Under the pieces are notes generated by a model. The model worked only from the letters and a program-made list of their open reading frames with translations, was not told where the DNA came from and searched no databases. A stretch of DNA of 64,000 nt from Acidimicrobiia bacterium (lineage in GTDB: Bacteria > Actinomycetota > Acidimicrobiia > Spongiisociales > ZC4RG35). The translations under genes were made by a program, and so were the position numbers. The stretch is taken from positions 5,392 through 69,391 of the forward strand of contig JBMDXS010000069.1 in the NCBI GenBank assembly GCA_048595045.1. Reading direction: 5' to 3'. Of the stretch, positions 36,738 to 46,768 are shown one piece after another (position 1 is the first letter of the stretch; every line of letters begins with the position of its first letter).

Positions 36738-38060
36738 TCAGAACTCGTCGGGCCGGCCCCATGGAGCCGGGCGAAAAGGCAGTATTGCCTGGAGGGCGCC
36801 GTCGACCCACAGGAACGTCCAGGCGCCCGCGGGGACAGGGGGGAGCTCGCGCCCATCGACCCTCACCTGGAGGGGAACATCCGATGAGATCCGCGCCTTC
36901 TCGCCCCCGACTACCAGCCCCACCGCCAACTGCTCGGGGAGGAACCCATCCCCTGGCACCGGGGTGAGGCCTCCGTAGTAGTGCGCCAGGATCTCGGGGT
37001 AGGTCGCCCCGGACTCTGCCATGGCCTGAGCGCCGTATTGGGACATGCCGATCAGATGGCCCCAGCCGGCGCCCTCGACGATGTAGTAGGGATCGATGCG
37101 GTCGTTCATCCCCAACTGGCGCACCCGGACCTCGCGCCTGATGGTGTACTCGGGGCTCAGCACGGTATTGGGATACCGGAGCCCATCCGGCCGCATCGAG
37201 GGGAGACGCTCCGGGAACAGCGATGCCGCTTCGTTGATGCGGGAGCGAAGGGACCAGGTGTCCATGGAGACCGTTCCCGTCTCGGAGACGATGTCGATCA
37301 TCCATGGGCCCTCGCCGTCGTCGGTGGTGCGGTTGACGATCGACCGAACGTCACCGCCGGCGACATTCGCCTCACGGAGGAGCCGCTCCATCATGAACGC
37401 GGGGAGCTCCCACGACCAGCTCACGAAGGGGCTGTCCTCCCCCGGCGAGGGGACCCCAACCAGATACGGAGCCGGCTCCGACCCCGGCCAGATGTCCTCG
37501 ATGTTCCTGGTGCGGAGACCGGTGGTAGAGGAATAGAAGGCGCGGGCCGGCTCACCCTGGTGGATCAGGATCTCGCCGGAGGTGCGGGCCACGGCCGCCC
37601 GCCAACGATCCCCGTCCTCCCCGAGGACCGGCTCCACCCCGGCATAGACCTGGCAGGCAGCGGTGGCGCAGATGTCGTAGCCGATCCGCTGCCCTGTCTC
37701 CGTCCGGCCCCCGGCCAGCGTCCATGCGAGATAGGTGCGCGCCGCCACGACCTGAGCCGCCAGCGCCTCCTCATCCCAGGTGAATGGGACCTCCCGGATC
37801 CCTTCCAGGTAGGCGTCGAGGGAAGTCACCTCGACCACGCCCACACCGTCCGTCTCGGCCGTGATCCTGAAGGGACCCCGATAACGACGCCCGTTCATCT
37901 CCAGAAAGGCGTCGGGGGGAACGGAAACTTCGATGGTCGAGCCCTCCGGGCGGACTGCCGCCTGGCTCGTGTGGACGGGCAGGACGACCAGGGTTGCGAC
38001 GACGATGAGTGCGACTGCGAGACTGGCGATCGGGGCGAACGAGGCCCGGAGCGTCATCAC
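36738..38060 (-). CDS. SpoIID/LytB-domain protein (amidase-enhancer-like cell-wall protein)
   Basis: An N-terminal TM or signal segment, then a SpoIID-like motif FYSSTTGLRT. It overlaps the murA stop. Confidence 0.65.
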   Translation of the reverse strand: MMTLRASFAPIASLAVALIVVATLVVLPVHTSQAAVRPEGSTIEVSVPPDAFLEMNGRRYRGPFRITAETDGVGVVEVTSLDAYLEGIREVPFTWDEEALAAQVVAARTYLAWTLAGGRTETGQRIGYDICATAACQVYAGVEPVLGEDGDRWRAAVARTSGEILIHQGEPARAFYSSTTGLRTRNIEDIWPGSEPAPYLVGVPSPGEDSPFVSWSWELPAFMMERLLREANVAGGDVRSIVNRTTDDGEGPWMIDIVSETGTVSMDTWSLRSRINEAASLFPERLPSMRPDGLRYPNTVLSPEYTIRREVRVRQLGMNDRIDPYYIVEGAGWGHLIGMSQYGAQAMAESGATYPEILAHYYGGLTPVPGDGFLPEQLAVGLVVGGEKARISSDVPLQVRVDGRELPPVPAGAWTFLWVDGALQAILPFRPAPWGRPDEF

Positions 38061-39307
38061 CCCCGCTCGATTCTCGCTCCCAGCGCCCGGAGCCTCTCCG
38101 GGAATTCTTCGTAGCCCCGATCGATGTGGCTCGCATCACCGACCTCGGTGGTGCCTTCGGCCCGAAGACCTGCCATGACCAGGGCCGCTCCGGCCCGGAT
38201 GTCAGGTGCCAGCACCGGGCAGCCCGAGAGCTGCTCGACCCCCCTGATCACGGCATGCTGCGCTTCGGTGGTGATGTCGGCGCCCATCCTGGCCAGCTCC
38301 CCGACATATCGGAACCGGGCGTCGTAGAGGTTCTCCGTGATCACCGAGGTCCCTGCGGCGATCGAGAGAACAGCAACCATCTGCGGGTGCATGTCGGTGT
38401 GAAAGCCAGGAAAGGGGAGAGTGGCGAAGTCGACCGAAGTCGGCCGCTCCGGGCCCCGCACCCGCAGCCACCCGTTCCCTTGTTCCACCTCACAGCCCGC
38501 CTCCGACAGCTTCCGCAACTCCATGCGCAGGTGCTCCGGTGTACATCCCGTGACGGTCACATCTCCGCCGGTGATGGCGGCGGCGGCCGCATAGGTCCCC
38601 GCCTCGAGACGGTCGGGCACGACGTGGTGATCCGCGGGCGCCAGCTTCTCGACGCCATGCACCGTCACCAACGAGGTACCACCCCCCGTGATGTCGGCTC
38701 CCATCTCGGTCAATTGGGTGATCAGATCTTGGATCTCGGGCTCACGGGCCGCGTTGACGATCACGGTGTCACCCTCGGCCAGGACCCCGGCGAAGAGCAT
38801 GTTCTCGGTAGCGCCCACCGAAGGAAAGGGAAGTTCTATCTCGGTGCCCTTGAGGCGACTGTCGACACGGCCGACGAGCTCTCCGTGCACCAGGTCGAAG
38901 TCGACACCCATGGCTTCGAGGCCGTTCAGGTGCATGTCGATCGGACGCGCCCCGAGGTCGTCGCCACCCGGTAGGGCGACCCGCGCCTCGCCGCATCTCG
39001 CCAACAGCGGGCCGAGCACCACTATCGATGCCCTCATCTGGCGCACCAGCTCGATCGGCGCCTCGGGCAGGAGCTGATCGGGGACGATCAGCCACAACTC
39101 GTGAGCGCCCTGCTCGATCTTGCAGCCGATGTGACCGAGGACCTCGCACATCAGACTCACATCGAGAATTGCGGGGACGTTGGTGAGACGATGCCTTCCC
39201 GGGGCGAGGAGGGCAGAGACCATCTCCTTGAGGACCGCGTTCTTGGCCCCCATCACGCCAACGGTGCCCTGGAGACGCGCTCCGCCCTCGACAACCAACT
39301 TGGACAT
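38057..39307 (-). CDS. murA: UDP-N-acetylglucosamine 1-carboxyvinyltransferase
   Basis: 416 aa. An EPSP-synthase fold with MurA motifs (LVVEGGARLQGTV..., catalytic Cys-loop region KLSEAGCEVE). Confidence 0.9.
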   Translation of the reverse strand: MSKLVVEGGARLQGTVGVMGAKNAVLKEMVSALLAPGRHRLTNVPAILDVSLMCEVLGHIGCKIEQGAHELWLIVPDQLLPEAPIELVRQMRASIVVLGPLLARCGEARVALPGGDDLGARPIDMHLNGLEAMGVDFDLVHGELVGRVDSRLKGTEIELPFPSVGATENMLFAGVLAEGDTVIVNAAREPEIQDLITQLTEMGADITGGGTSLVTVHGVEKLAPADHHVVPDRLEAGTYAAAAAITGGDVTVTGCTPEHLRMELRKLSEAGCEVEQGNGWLRVRGPERPTSVDFATLPFPGFHTDMHPQMVAVLSIAAGTSVITENLYDARFRYVGELARMGADITTEAQHAVIRGVEQLSGCPVLAPDIRAGAALVMAGLRAEGTTEVGDASHIDRGYEEFPERLRALGARIERG

Positions 39308-39384
39308 TCAGGCGAATGTAGTTAGGTGTGGCCACAACCCCATGCAGGGTCGGTGGCAGGCTCGTGGCTACCCTGCCGCCGGAA

Positions 39385-39825
39385 ATGAGAATCGCACTCG
39401 GCGCCGATCACGCCGGATACCCCCTCAAGGAGCAGCTCTCCACATGGCTCGCCGAGTCGGGCCACGCCGTGTACGACCTCGGAACTCACTCTGCCGAGCC
39501 GGTCGACTACCCGGACTTCGCTGCTGCCGTGGCCCAGGCGGTGCTCGACGGGCGAGCCGACCGGGGCATCCTCATCTGTGGCTCCGGGGCCGGCGCAGCG
39601 GTTGCTGCCAACAAGCTCCAGGGGATCAGGGCTTCCATCGCCCACGACACCTACACCGCCCATCAGATGGTGGAGCACGACGACGTGAACATCCTCAGCC
39701 TCGGGGCGAGGGTCATCGGCGACGCGTTGGCCCGGGAACTGGTCACGACCTTCCTCGAGGCGCGTTTCTCGCGCGAAGAGCGCCACGTCAGACGTTTGGA
39801 GAAGATCAGGTCCCTCGAAGCCTGA
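39385..39825 (+). CDS. rpiB: Ribose-5-phosphate isomerase B
   Basis: [16 protein letters not shown]...[16 protein letters not shown] is the RpiB/LacAB signature. The ATG at 39385 gives about 146 aa. Confidence 0.8.
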   Translation: MRIALGADHAGYPLKEQLSTWLAESGHAVYDLGTHSAEPVDYPDFAAAVAQAVLDGRADRGILICGSGAGAAVAANKLQGIRASIAHDTYTAHQMVEHDDVNILSLGARVIGDALARELVTTFLEARFSREERHVRRLEKIRSLEA

Positions 39826-39870
39826 TCGAAGGGTTTCCTCCCCGGGAGGATCGCCACAGAGCCGGGGGAG

Positions 39871-40527
39871 CTATTCGCCCCCGGATTGGGCCAGTCCCAA
39901 CAGGGCGTCCAGGCCCTGGGCCCCGATCTCACCAGAGACACGGCCGAGGTTGGTGTTGTCACCGTCGAGCACGACGTAGAACGGCGTTCCGGACATGCCG
40001 TAGTTGCCCGCCACCGTGCCGATCTGGTCGTCCATGATCACCGGCGTCGTCCAACCCTCCTCCTCCAACCAGTCCTGCGGGGGCCAATTCGGGCGGAGAC
40101 GGTCGGTCGAAGTGACAACCGAGACCAGCTCCACGTCGTCGGGCAGGTTCCCGGCCTCCACCCAGTCCTGGACGACGGGCACCTCGGCCTGGCAGTGGGG
40201 GCACCAGTGAGCGAGGAAGATCACGATCTTGGCGGTTCCGTCCGGTTCGATCGATACCGGGTTGTCGTTCCAATCGGCTCCTTCCACCGTGGGTGCTGTC
40301 AGACCGACAGCGACGTCCTCCTGCCCGGCCGCATACACCGGGAGAGGGTCGCCTTCGACGGTGGGGTTGCCGTAACCCATGGACTCGTCGACCGGGGCCT
40401 CACCCGCGATCGACATTGCCAGCCATACGATCAAGCCGAGACCGACCACTCCGCCGATGATCCACCACAGGGTCGAGTTGCCCTTGGTTTGTGTGGTCCC
40501 TGACTTGGGCTTCTTGGTGGCGGTCAT
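39871..40527 (-). CDS. TlpA/ResA-like membrane-anchored thiol-disulfide oxidoreductase (thioredoxin fold)
   Basis: One TM segment and a thioredoxin fold with HWCPHCQ (CxxC). Confidence 0.7.
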   Translation of the reverse strand: MTATKKPKSGTTQTKGNSTLWWIIGGVVGLGLIVWLAMSIAGEAPVDESMGYGNPTVEGDPLPVYAAGQEDVAVGLTAPTVEGADWNDNPVSIEPDGTAKIVIFLAHWCPHCQAEVPVVQDWVEAGNLPDDVELVSVVTSTDRLRPNWPPQDWLEEEGWTTPVIMDDQIGTVAGNYGMSGTPFYVVLDGDNTNLGRVSGEIGAQGLDALLGLAQSGGE

Positions 40528-41051
40528 TCGGAGGCTTTCGTGTAGAAGGCGAGGAGGATCGTGATGAGGATAAACCCGGCGCCGGCCATAAAGGGCAGGT
40601 CCATGAATCCGAACATCTCGATGCTCCGCGCCGAGCAAGGCACCGCCGGGTCGCAGGAGCCGCCCTCGAGACGTGGGAAGAACTGCACGAGGTTGTGATA
40701 GATCGAGATGGCGAGGCCGATCAGGGCGATGGGGATGGCATAGAACCTGACCACGGCTTCACGACGAATGGCACCGACCAACAGGATGACGGCCAGCGGG
40801 TACATGGCGATTCGCTGGAACCAGCACAGGCGACAGGGGATGTAATGGAACAGCTCCGAGTACATCAGGGAGCCGACGGTGCTGACTGCCGCGACCGCGA
40901 ACGCCAGCCAGACCGCGTTCTGCCCGAGCAGAGCGGCGGCATCAGGGCCCTTGACCACCCGATAGACACCGAGCCCGATCGCCCCGGCCAGGGCTACCAA
41001 GGTCAGGATGGCGAAGAGATTGTTGAAGACGAGAATGGTCTGCGCTGACAT
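40524..41051 (-). CDS. Disulfide bond formation protein B (DsbB/BdbC-like)
   Basis: Four TM helices with two Cys pairs (CRLCW and CDPAVPC). It overlaps the tlpA-like start. Confidence 0.7.
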   Translation of the reverse strand: MSAQTILVFNNLFAILTLVALAGAIGLGVYRVVKGPDAAALLGQNAVWLAFAVAAVSTVGSLMYSELFHYIPCRLCWFQRIAMYPLAVILLVGAIRREAVVRFYAIPIALIGLAISIYHNLVQFFPRLEGGSCDPAVPCSARSIEMFGFMDLPFMAGAGFILITILLAFYTKASE

Positions 41052-41062
41052 TGTTCCCTGAG

Positions 41063-41138
41063 TGGCAGTCCCGACCGGATTCGAACCGGCGTTTCCGGCT
41101 TGAAAGGCCGGCGTCCTAGGCCTCTGGACGACGGGACC
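41063..41138 (-). tRNA. tRNA-Glu (anticodon TTC), CCA encoded
   Basis: The cloverleaf was folded by hand: a 7-bp acceptor, D stem GTCC/GGAC, anticodon stem CCGGC/GCCGG with loop CTTTCAA, and T loop TTCGAAT. It lies directly downstream of gltX. Confidence 0.8.
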
Positions 41139-41169
41139 TCGAGTGAGCAGGTTACCTGTCGCCTGCGAC

Positions 41170-42600
41170 CTACCCAGTACCTGCCAGCTGCCCTATCGCC
41201 CGTTCCACCCGCTCCAGTGTCTTGTCACGTCCCAGAGCCGACATGGACTCGAAGAGGGGAGGGCTGACCGACGAGCCGGTGATCGCCACGCGCAAGGGCT
41301 GGAGGCCCTTGGCCGCCCCCAAGCCCATCTCCTCCAACATCCCGCGCAATGCGGTCTCGACGGTGTTGGCATCCCAGGGGTCGACCCGGGCCAGACGGTC
41401 GCGGGCCGAGGACAGGATCCCGGCCACCCCCTCTTTGGTCATCACCTTGTCCCAGGCTGCGGGGTCGTACTCCGCGAAGTCCTCGAAGAGGAAGACCACC
41501 TGATCCCCTGCCTCAGGAAGGAGACGGGTTCGCTCCTGGACCAGGGCCGAAACGGTGTCGAACCTGGCCCATTCCTCCTCGTGGAGGTGGCGCCCCACCG
41601 CCCTCTCGACGTGGGGCCGAGCCGACCGGGTGAAATCGGAGGGTTCCATCGCCCTGATGTACTCGCCGTTGAGCCAGGCCAGCTTGTCAGGGTCGAATAC
41701 GGCCGGGTTTCGTGAGACGTCGACCAGATCGAAGGCGGCGACGGCCTCATCCCTGGAGAAGATGGTCCGGTCACCATCGATAGACCACCCCAACAGAGAC
41801 AGGTAGTTGAAGACGGCTTCGGGGAGATATCCCCCGTCGCGATACAGCGAGAGCGAGGTCGCCCCGTGTCTCTTGGACAGCTTCTTGCCGTCGGTGCCGA
41901 AGAGCAGAGGGAGATGGGCATATTGGGGCTGGGAAGCCCCAAGGGCTCGGGTCAGGACGATGTGTTTTGGGGTGGAGGGCAGAAGGTCCTCTCCTCGGGC
42001 GACATGGGTGATCCCGTAGTCGACGTCGTCGACGGTGGACGCGAGGTGATAAGTGGGAGTCCCGTCGGTGCGCGTGATGACGAAGTCGTCGATGTCCCTC
42101 GCCTCGAAGCTGATCCTGCCCCGGACCAGGTCATCGAACACCACCGCCTCCTCTTGGGGCACCGACAGTCGGATCGCCCCCTCGGTCACGGCGGTCGCCG
42201 GGCGTCTGATGTAGTGAGCCGGATGAAGCTTCTCGGCCACGGCGCGTTGACGGAGGGCCTCCAGCTCCTCGGGCGTTCTGTTGTCGTAGTAGGCAACGCC
42301 CGACTCGACCAGCGATGACGCCACGTCCCGGTATCGCTCGTATCTGCTCGACTGCCGGTAATCGCCGTGTGGGCCACCGACTCCGACACCCTCGTCCCAG
42401 TCGAGGCCGAGCCAGCGCAGCGAGTCGAGGATGTCTTCCTCGAACTCGACGGTGGAGCGCTCCCGATCGGTGTCGTCGATCCGGAGGATGAAGCTCCCCC
42501 CGGTGTGCCGGGCGTAGAGCCAATTGAAGAGCGCCGCCCGGGCGGTGCCCACGTGGAGGTGCCCCGTGGGTGACGGCGCCACCCGCAGGCGGACGGTCAT
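41170..42600 (-). CDS. gltX: Glutamate-tRNA ligase
   Basis: [19 protein letters not shown] (HIGH motif) and KLSKRHG (KMSKS motif). The protein is 476 aa. Confidence 0.9.
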   Translation of the reverse strand: MTVRLRVAPSPTGHLHVGTARAALFNWLYARHTGGSFILRIDDTDRERSTVEFEEDILDSLRWLGLDWDEGVGVGGPHGDYRQSSRYERYRDVASSLVESGVAYYDNRTPEELEALRQRAVAEKLHPAHYIRRPATAVTEGAIRLSVPQEEAVVFDDLVRGRISFEARDIDDFVITRTDGTPTYHLASTVDDVDYGITHVARGEDLLPSTPKHIVLTRALGASQPQYAHLPLLFGTDGKKLSKRHGATSLSLYRDGGYLPEAVFNYLSLLGWSIDGDRTIFSRDEAVAAFDLVDVSRNPAVFDPDKLAWLNGEYIRAMEPSDFTRSARPHVERAVGRHLHEEEWARFDTVSALVQERTRLLPEAGDQVVFLFEDFAEYDPAAWDKVMTKEGVAGILSSARDRLARVDPWDANTVETALRGMLEEMGLGAAKGLQPLRVAITGSSVSPPLFESMSALGRDKTLERVERAIGQLAGTG

Positions 42601-43361
42601 CTGGCCGCGACCACCCTGTTCTCGAGGACGCCGATCCCGTCGATCTCGACCTCCATCACGTCCCCCGGCTCGACCTTGCTCACGCCGGCGGGGGTCCCGG
42701 TGAGGATGACGTCACCGGGGAGCAGCGTCATCACCTCCGTGACGAATTGGAAAAGCTCGGCCACGCCAAAGACCATGTCCGAGGTGAAGCCTGCCTGTCG
42801 CACCTCCCCGTTGACCCGGCAGATGACGGCCAACTTCTCCAAAGGATCGAGCTCGGTCTCGATCGCCGGGCCTAGCGGGCAGAATGTGTCGAATCCCTTT
42901 CCCCGGGCCCATTGCCCGTCCTTTCTCTGCAGGTCCCGAGCCGTCACGTCGTTGGCTGCGGTATAGCCCAGGATGTAGGCAGAGGCGTCCTCGGCCTTGA
43001 CATGACGGGCCACCCTGCTCACGACCACGGCCAGCTCCGCCTCATGCTGCACGTTCTCCGAGATCGCCGGGTGGACCACATTGGCTTCCGGGCCGACCAC
43101 CGAGGTCGCCGGTTTGAGGAAGATGATCGGCTCCTCCGGTGTGGCCACGTCCTGCTCGGCGGCATGGTCCTCGTAGTTGCGGCCCACCGCCACGATCTTG
43201 GAGGGCAGGACAGGGGCGAGGATCTGGGCCGTCTCCCAGGGAACCACGGTCTCGGTCGGCTCCCAGGCGACGAACGGCGAGCCTTTGTAGACGAGAACGC
43301 CTTCGGTGTCGGCGACACCGTAGGCGATGTCGTCGCCGGCCTTGATGCGAACGAGCTTCAT
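42597..43361 (-). CDS. Fumarylacetoacetate hydrolase (FAH) family protein
   Basis: The FAH fold is conserved (…[15 protein letters not shown]…). The start [11 protein letters not shown] at 43361 is preferred. Confidence 0.75.
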   Translation of the reverse strand: MKLVRIKAGDDIAYGVADTEGVLVYKGSPFVAWEPTETVVPWETAQILAPVLPSKIVAVGRNYEDHAAEQDVATPEEPIIFLKPATSVVGPEANVVHPAISENVQHEAELAVVVSRVARHVKAEDASAYILGYTAANDVTARDLQRKDGQWARGKGFDTFCPLGPAIETELDPLEKLAVICRVNGEVRQAGFTSDMVFGVAELFQFVTEVMTLLPGDVILTGTPAGVSKVEPGDVMEVEIDGIGVLENRVVAAR

Positions 43362-43374
43362 TGGGGACCGGAAG

Positions 43375-43869
43375 CTAGCGGGCGTCGGCGCTCTGCCCAC
43401 CGAGGGCTCGTTGCACCTCGTCTGGCTTCTTCACCAGGAGGTCACGGTCAACCTCCCCGACCGCAGTCTGGCCGGGCCGCCCCTCGTGTGGCACTGCGGC
43501 CATCCATCGCTCCCGGCGTTCGGTCACCTGATCCGGCGCCTCGTATCCGAATCCGGTGAGGGCAAGTGCGACCTCGACATCCTCGAGGACGGGGCCCCTG
43601 CCCAGGACTCCGGCCCGGGCGATGGCAAGGGCGGCGATCACCGCCCTCAGGTTCGGGTCGTCGTCGGGCAGGTCTGCCATGTCGACGATTCGAAGACCCC
43701 ACCCTCCATCAGGTGCGGGCGAGCCGAAACGGCCGCCCCGTGGTACCTCGTCAGGCGTGGTGGGTATCCCCGGTTTGATGTCCGGCCGCCACCGGCGAGC
43801 GGGCGGGGGCTGAGGGACGGGGCGCGGCCGCTCAGCTTCGGTCACCTCGATGTTGGGCTGCTGCCCCAT
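43375..43869 (-). CDS. Hypothetical protein with a Pro-rich N-terminus
   Basis: ORF in an operon-like arrangement between the FAH gene and ilvE. The C-terminal half has ordinary composition. Confidence 0.35.
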   Translation of the reverse strand: MGQQPNIEVTEAERPRPVPQPPPARRWRPDIKPGIPTTPDEVPRGGRFGSPAPDGGWGLRIVDMADLPDDDPNLRAVIAALAIARAGVLGRGPVLEDVEVALALTGFGYEAPDQVTERRERWMAAVPHEGRPGQTAVGEVDRDLLVKKPDEVQRALGGQSADAR

Positions 43870-43882
43870 CAGCGGGTCATCG

Positions 43883-44797
43883 CTAGACGAAGGTCAGCCA
43901 GTGGCGGTACTGGGGGATCTTGGCCGAGACCAGATCCGAGAAAAGGTCCTGCGCCTTGCGGGTGGTCGGCCCGGGCTCACCGGTTCCGATGATCCTTCCG
44001 TCGATCTCCCGCACCGGGGTCACTTCGGCCGCGGTCCCGGTGAGGAAGACCTCGTCGGCGGTGTAGAGGCTGCCCCGGGCCAGATCCGTCTGGACCACTT
44101 CGAATCCCTCGCCGGTCAACAACTCGAAGACGGTGTCGCGGGTGATCCCCTCCAGGATGCCGGATGAGACCGGCGGCGTGTAGACGACTCCCCTGCTCAC
44201 GGTGAACAAGTTCATCCCGCTCCCCTCAGAGACCAGGCCAACGTCGTTGAGCATCAGCGCCTCGTCGTACCCCGCCCGGAGGGCCTCCTGCTTGGCCAGC
44301 ACCGAGTTGAGGTATTGGCCCGACCCCTTGGCAGTGGGGATGAAGCTGGTGTGCGAGATCCGGCGCCAACTCGACACCATCGTGGTGATCCCGTTCTGCA
44401 CACCATGATCACCCATGTAACTGCCCAGGTAGAACGCCGCCATGTAGTTGTGGACCGGGCTCGCCTTGGGGTTGATGCCGAAAGCGCCGGCACCGTAAAA
44501 GACGAAGGGTCGGATGTAGGCCGACTCGAGATCGTTCACCCGGAGCAATTCGAGACAGACCTCGTCCATCTCCTCCGCGGTCTCTTTCATGGGAAGGCCG
44601 TAGGCGCGGGCCGAGGCGACGAGACGGACCATGTGGTCATGGAGGCGGAATACGGCGGTTCCCTCAGGCGTCTTGTAGGCGCGAATGCCCTCGAAGACAC
44701 CGGTCCCGTATTGGAGGGAATGTGACAGGAAGTGGACGGTGGCTTGGTCCCAATCGACGAACTCGCCATCGACCCATATCTTGTTGGCCGGTTCCAT
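43883..44797 (-). CDS. ilvE: Branched-chain amino acid aminotransferase (class IV)
   Basis: A 304-aa class IV PLP aminotransferase fold (…GTGVFEGIRAY…, catalytic Lys region SHTSFIPTAKGSGQY). Confidence 0.85.
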   Translation of the reverse strand: MEPANKIWVDGEFVDWDQATVHFLSHSLQYGTGVFEGIRAYKTPEGTAVFRLHDHMVRLVASARAYGLPMKETAEEMDEVCLELLRVNDLESAYIRPFVFYGAGAFGINPKASPVHNYMAAFYLGSYMGDHGVQNGITTMVSSWRRISHTSFIPTAKGSGQYLNSVLAKQEALRAGYDEALMLNDVGLVSEGSGMNLFTVSRGVVYTPPVSSGILEGITRDTVFELLTGEGFEVVQTDLARGSLYTADEVFLTGTAAEVTPVREIDGRIIGTGEPGPTTRKAQDLFSDLVSAKIPQYRHWLTFV

Positions 44798-44874
44798 CCC
44801 TGAAGGCTAACTGGTGTTCGGTGGATCGGAACCGTCGATTTCCCATCGGGCCCGGGCTTGGTTGAATCCCGATC

Positions 44875-45789
44875 ATGACTCTGAGCAAACCCGACCGTTC
44901 CATCACGATCGACTGGCTCCTCGACGGTGACCCGGCGATCAGATGGCAGGCGATGCGTGACCTCACCCGCACCCCCGAGTCGGGTTGGCGCACCGAAGAG
45001 GAGAAGGTGGCTGCCGAGGGGTGGGGGGCGAGGTTGCTCGGGCATCAAGATGGTGAGGGCCGCTGGACACCGAGGCTGTACGGCAAGAAGTGGATATCGA
45101 CCACTTACTCGATGATGCTGCTGAAGGCGTTCGGTCTGCCGCCCTCCGACCCCAGGGCCATCAGATCCTGTCACCTGTTCATCGAGGAGGGGCTGGGGAT
45201 CCGCAAGGACCGAGATGCCTGCATCGCGGCCATGGTCCTTGCTCTCCTCTACTGGTTCGATGTGGACGATCGCCTGCGCGAGCCGGTCCTCGAGCACGTC
45301 CTGGCCCTGCAATTGGCCGACGGCGGTTGGAACTGCGACGAGGACTCGAGGCACGGCTCGTTCCACACCACCTGCACCGCCCTCGAGGCCGTCCGCCAAT
45401 GCGCCCTCACAGGCGCCGAGCCCCATGAGGAGTTGGAACGGGCCGAGGCCCTGGGCCAGGAGTTTCTCCTGCAGCACCGGTTGTTTCGCTCTCATCGGAC
45501 CGGCGAGGTGGTCGACCAGCGTTACCTCCGCTTCTCGTTCCCACCACGCTGGCACTACGACGTGCTGCGTGGCCTCGACTACTTCTGGTCTGCCGGTGCC
45601 CTGCGCGACGACCGGCTCGCCGACGCAATCGAGGTGGTGGCCGGGAAGCGCCGAGTCGACGGCACCTGGGCCCTCCAGCAGCGCTGGCCGGGTGAGACAT
45701 GGTTCGAGATGGAGACGGTCGGCGAGCCGAGCCGATGGAACACGCTCCGGGCCATGAGGGTGCTCGAAGGCTGGGAAGCCCAGAACTAG
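44875..45789 (+). CDS. Prenyltransferase/squalene-oxidase-repeat (alpha-alpha toroid) protein
   Basis: Repeated QxxDGxW-type motifs (QDGEGRWT, LADGGWNCDE, VDGTWALQ) spaced like PFTB/SQHop_cyclase repeats. The protein is 304 aa. Confidence 0.55.
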   Translation: MTLSKPDRSITIDWLLDGDPAIRWQAMRDLTRTPESGWRTEEEKVAAEGWGARLLGHQDGEGRWTPRLYGKKWISTTYSMMLLKAFGLPPSDPRAIRSCHLFIEEGLGIRKDRDACIAAMVLALLYWFDVDDRLREPVLEHVLALQLADGGWNCDEDSRHGSFHTTCTALEAVRQCALTGAEPHEELERAEALGQEFLLQHRLFRSHRTGEVVDQRYLRFSFPPRWHYDVLRGLDYFWSAGALRDDRLADAIEVVAGKRRVDGTWALQQRWPGETWFEMETVGEPSRWNTLRAMRVLEGWEAQN

Positions 45790-45800
45790 CCTCGCCTCCG

Positions 45801-46259
45801 ATGGCCAGACTCACCGCCTCACTCTTCGGGGCGGGTCTGATCCTTCGCAGGATCCGCGGCTCCGACGCCGGGTCCGGGACGGTGGGAGGACTGGTCGCCC
45901 TTCCCCTCGCCTTGCTGGTCGGGGAGACCTGGGGGTGGCGCGGGCAGCTCATCGCGGCGCTGATCGTGACCGCGCTCGCCTATTGGTCGGCGAGAGGGGT
46001 GGCAGCCACCGAAGGTGATGCCGGATGGATCGTCATCGACGAGGCAGCGGGGACACTCGTCGCCACGATCGGGCTACTCGGTTGGCCGGCGGTCATCGGA
46101 TTCGCCCTGTTCCGCCTGGTGGACATCACCAAACGGCCGTTTCCCGGGGTCTATCAGGCCGACTCGATGCCGGGTGCGGCCGGGATCGTCCTCGACGACG
46201 TGGTGGCCGGTCTCTGGGCGCTGGGGATGGCCCACGTGATCAATGTCACCATCTTCTGA
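45801..46259 (+). CDS. pgpA: Phosphatidylglycerophosphatase A
   Basis: The motif IVIDEAAG and a hydrophobic PgpA fold. The ATG at 45801 is chosen. Confidence 0.7.
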   Translation: MARLTASLFGAGLILRRIRGSDAGSGTVGGLVALPLALLVGETWGWRGQLIAALIVTALAYWSARGVAATEGDAGWIVIDEAAGTLVATIGLLGWPAVIGFALFRLVDITKRPFPGVYQADSMPGAAGIVLDDVVAGLWALGMAHVINVTIF

Positions 46260-46312
46260 GGTCGAACCGGTGAGCGACCTGCCTATCGTCTGGCGAGGAG
46301 GTGCCCTGAAGC

Positions 46313-46753
46313 ATGACCTGGAACCCAAAATCGATCGTGGTCGGAGTCGACGGTTCGGAGACGAGCAGTCGAGCGGCAGAGATCGCCGCCGAGATCGCCA
46401 GATCCCGGGGGGCCAAGCTGGTCCTCGTCACCGTCGTCCGGCCACCGGAGGGCTGGTGGGGCATTGGGGGCGCTCCGCCCACTCCCGAGGCGCTGTCCGC
46501 TGCATTGGTGGAGGGCCAGCAGCAGGTCCTAAAGGAGAACGAGGAGAGTCTGGCGCTGGACGGCGTGGACTACGAGACCGTCGAAGAGCTCGGTGACCCC
46601 ACGTCGCGTCTCATCGCCGTCGCCGAGGAACGAGAAGCAGGTCTGATCGTGATCGGCAAGAGGGGTGCTGGGCTGGCGGAGCGAGTGATGTTGGGCAGCG
46701 TCGCCGACCGTCTCTGCCACCACTCCCCGGTTCCGGTCATGGTCGTGCCCTGA
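46313..46753 (+). CDS. Universal stress protein (UspA family)
   Basis: IVVGVDGSETS at the N-terminus and a C-terminal ATP-binding motif LIVIGKRGAGLAERVMLGSVADRLCHHSPVPVMVV. Confidence 0.8.
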   Translation: MTWNPKSIVVGVDGSETSSRAAEIAAEIARSRGAKLVLVTVVRPPEGWWGIGGAPPTPEALSAALVEGQQQVLKENEESLALDGVDYETVEELGDPTSRLIAVAEEREAGLIVIGKRGAGLAERVMLGSVADRLCHHSPVPVMVVP

Positions 46754-46768
46754 TCCCACCGGGCATCC

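Noticed and set aside
36316-37305. 329-aa minus-strand ORF and 36336-36887 plus-strand ORF overlapping the nfu and SpoIID-like genes.
   Set aside because: Low-complexity Arg/Pro/Gly translations. The supported genes in this interval have conserved motifs.
38009-38974. 321-aa plus-strand ORF antisense to murA.
   Set aside because: murA is unambiguous on the minus strand. The antisense frame is Arg/Gly-rich.
39836-39884. Two GC-rich hairpins between the convergent rpiB and tlpA-like genes, considered as a bidirectional terminator.
   Set aside because: The second hairpin overlaps the last codons of the tlpA-like gene and there is no T-tract on either strand, so it is too uncertain to call.
45215-45757. 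Alternative-frame ORFs inside the prenyltransferase-repeat gene (for example 45215-45757 +).
   Set aside because: Ser/Pro/Arg/Thr-rich frame artefacts. The primary frame shows repeated structured motifs.
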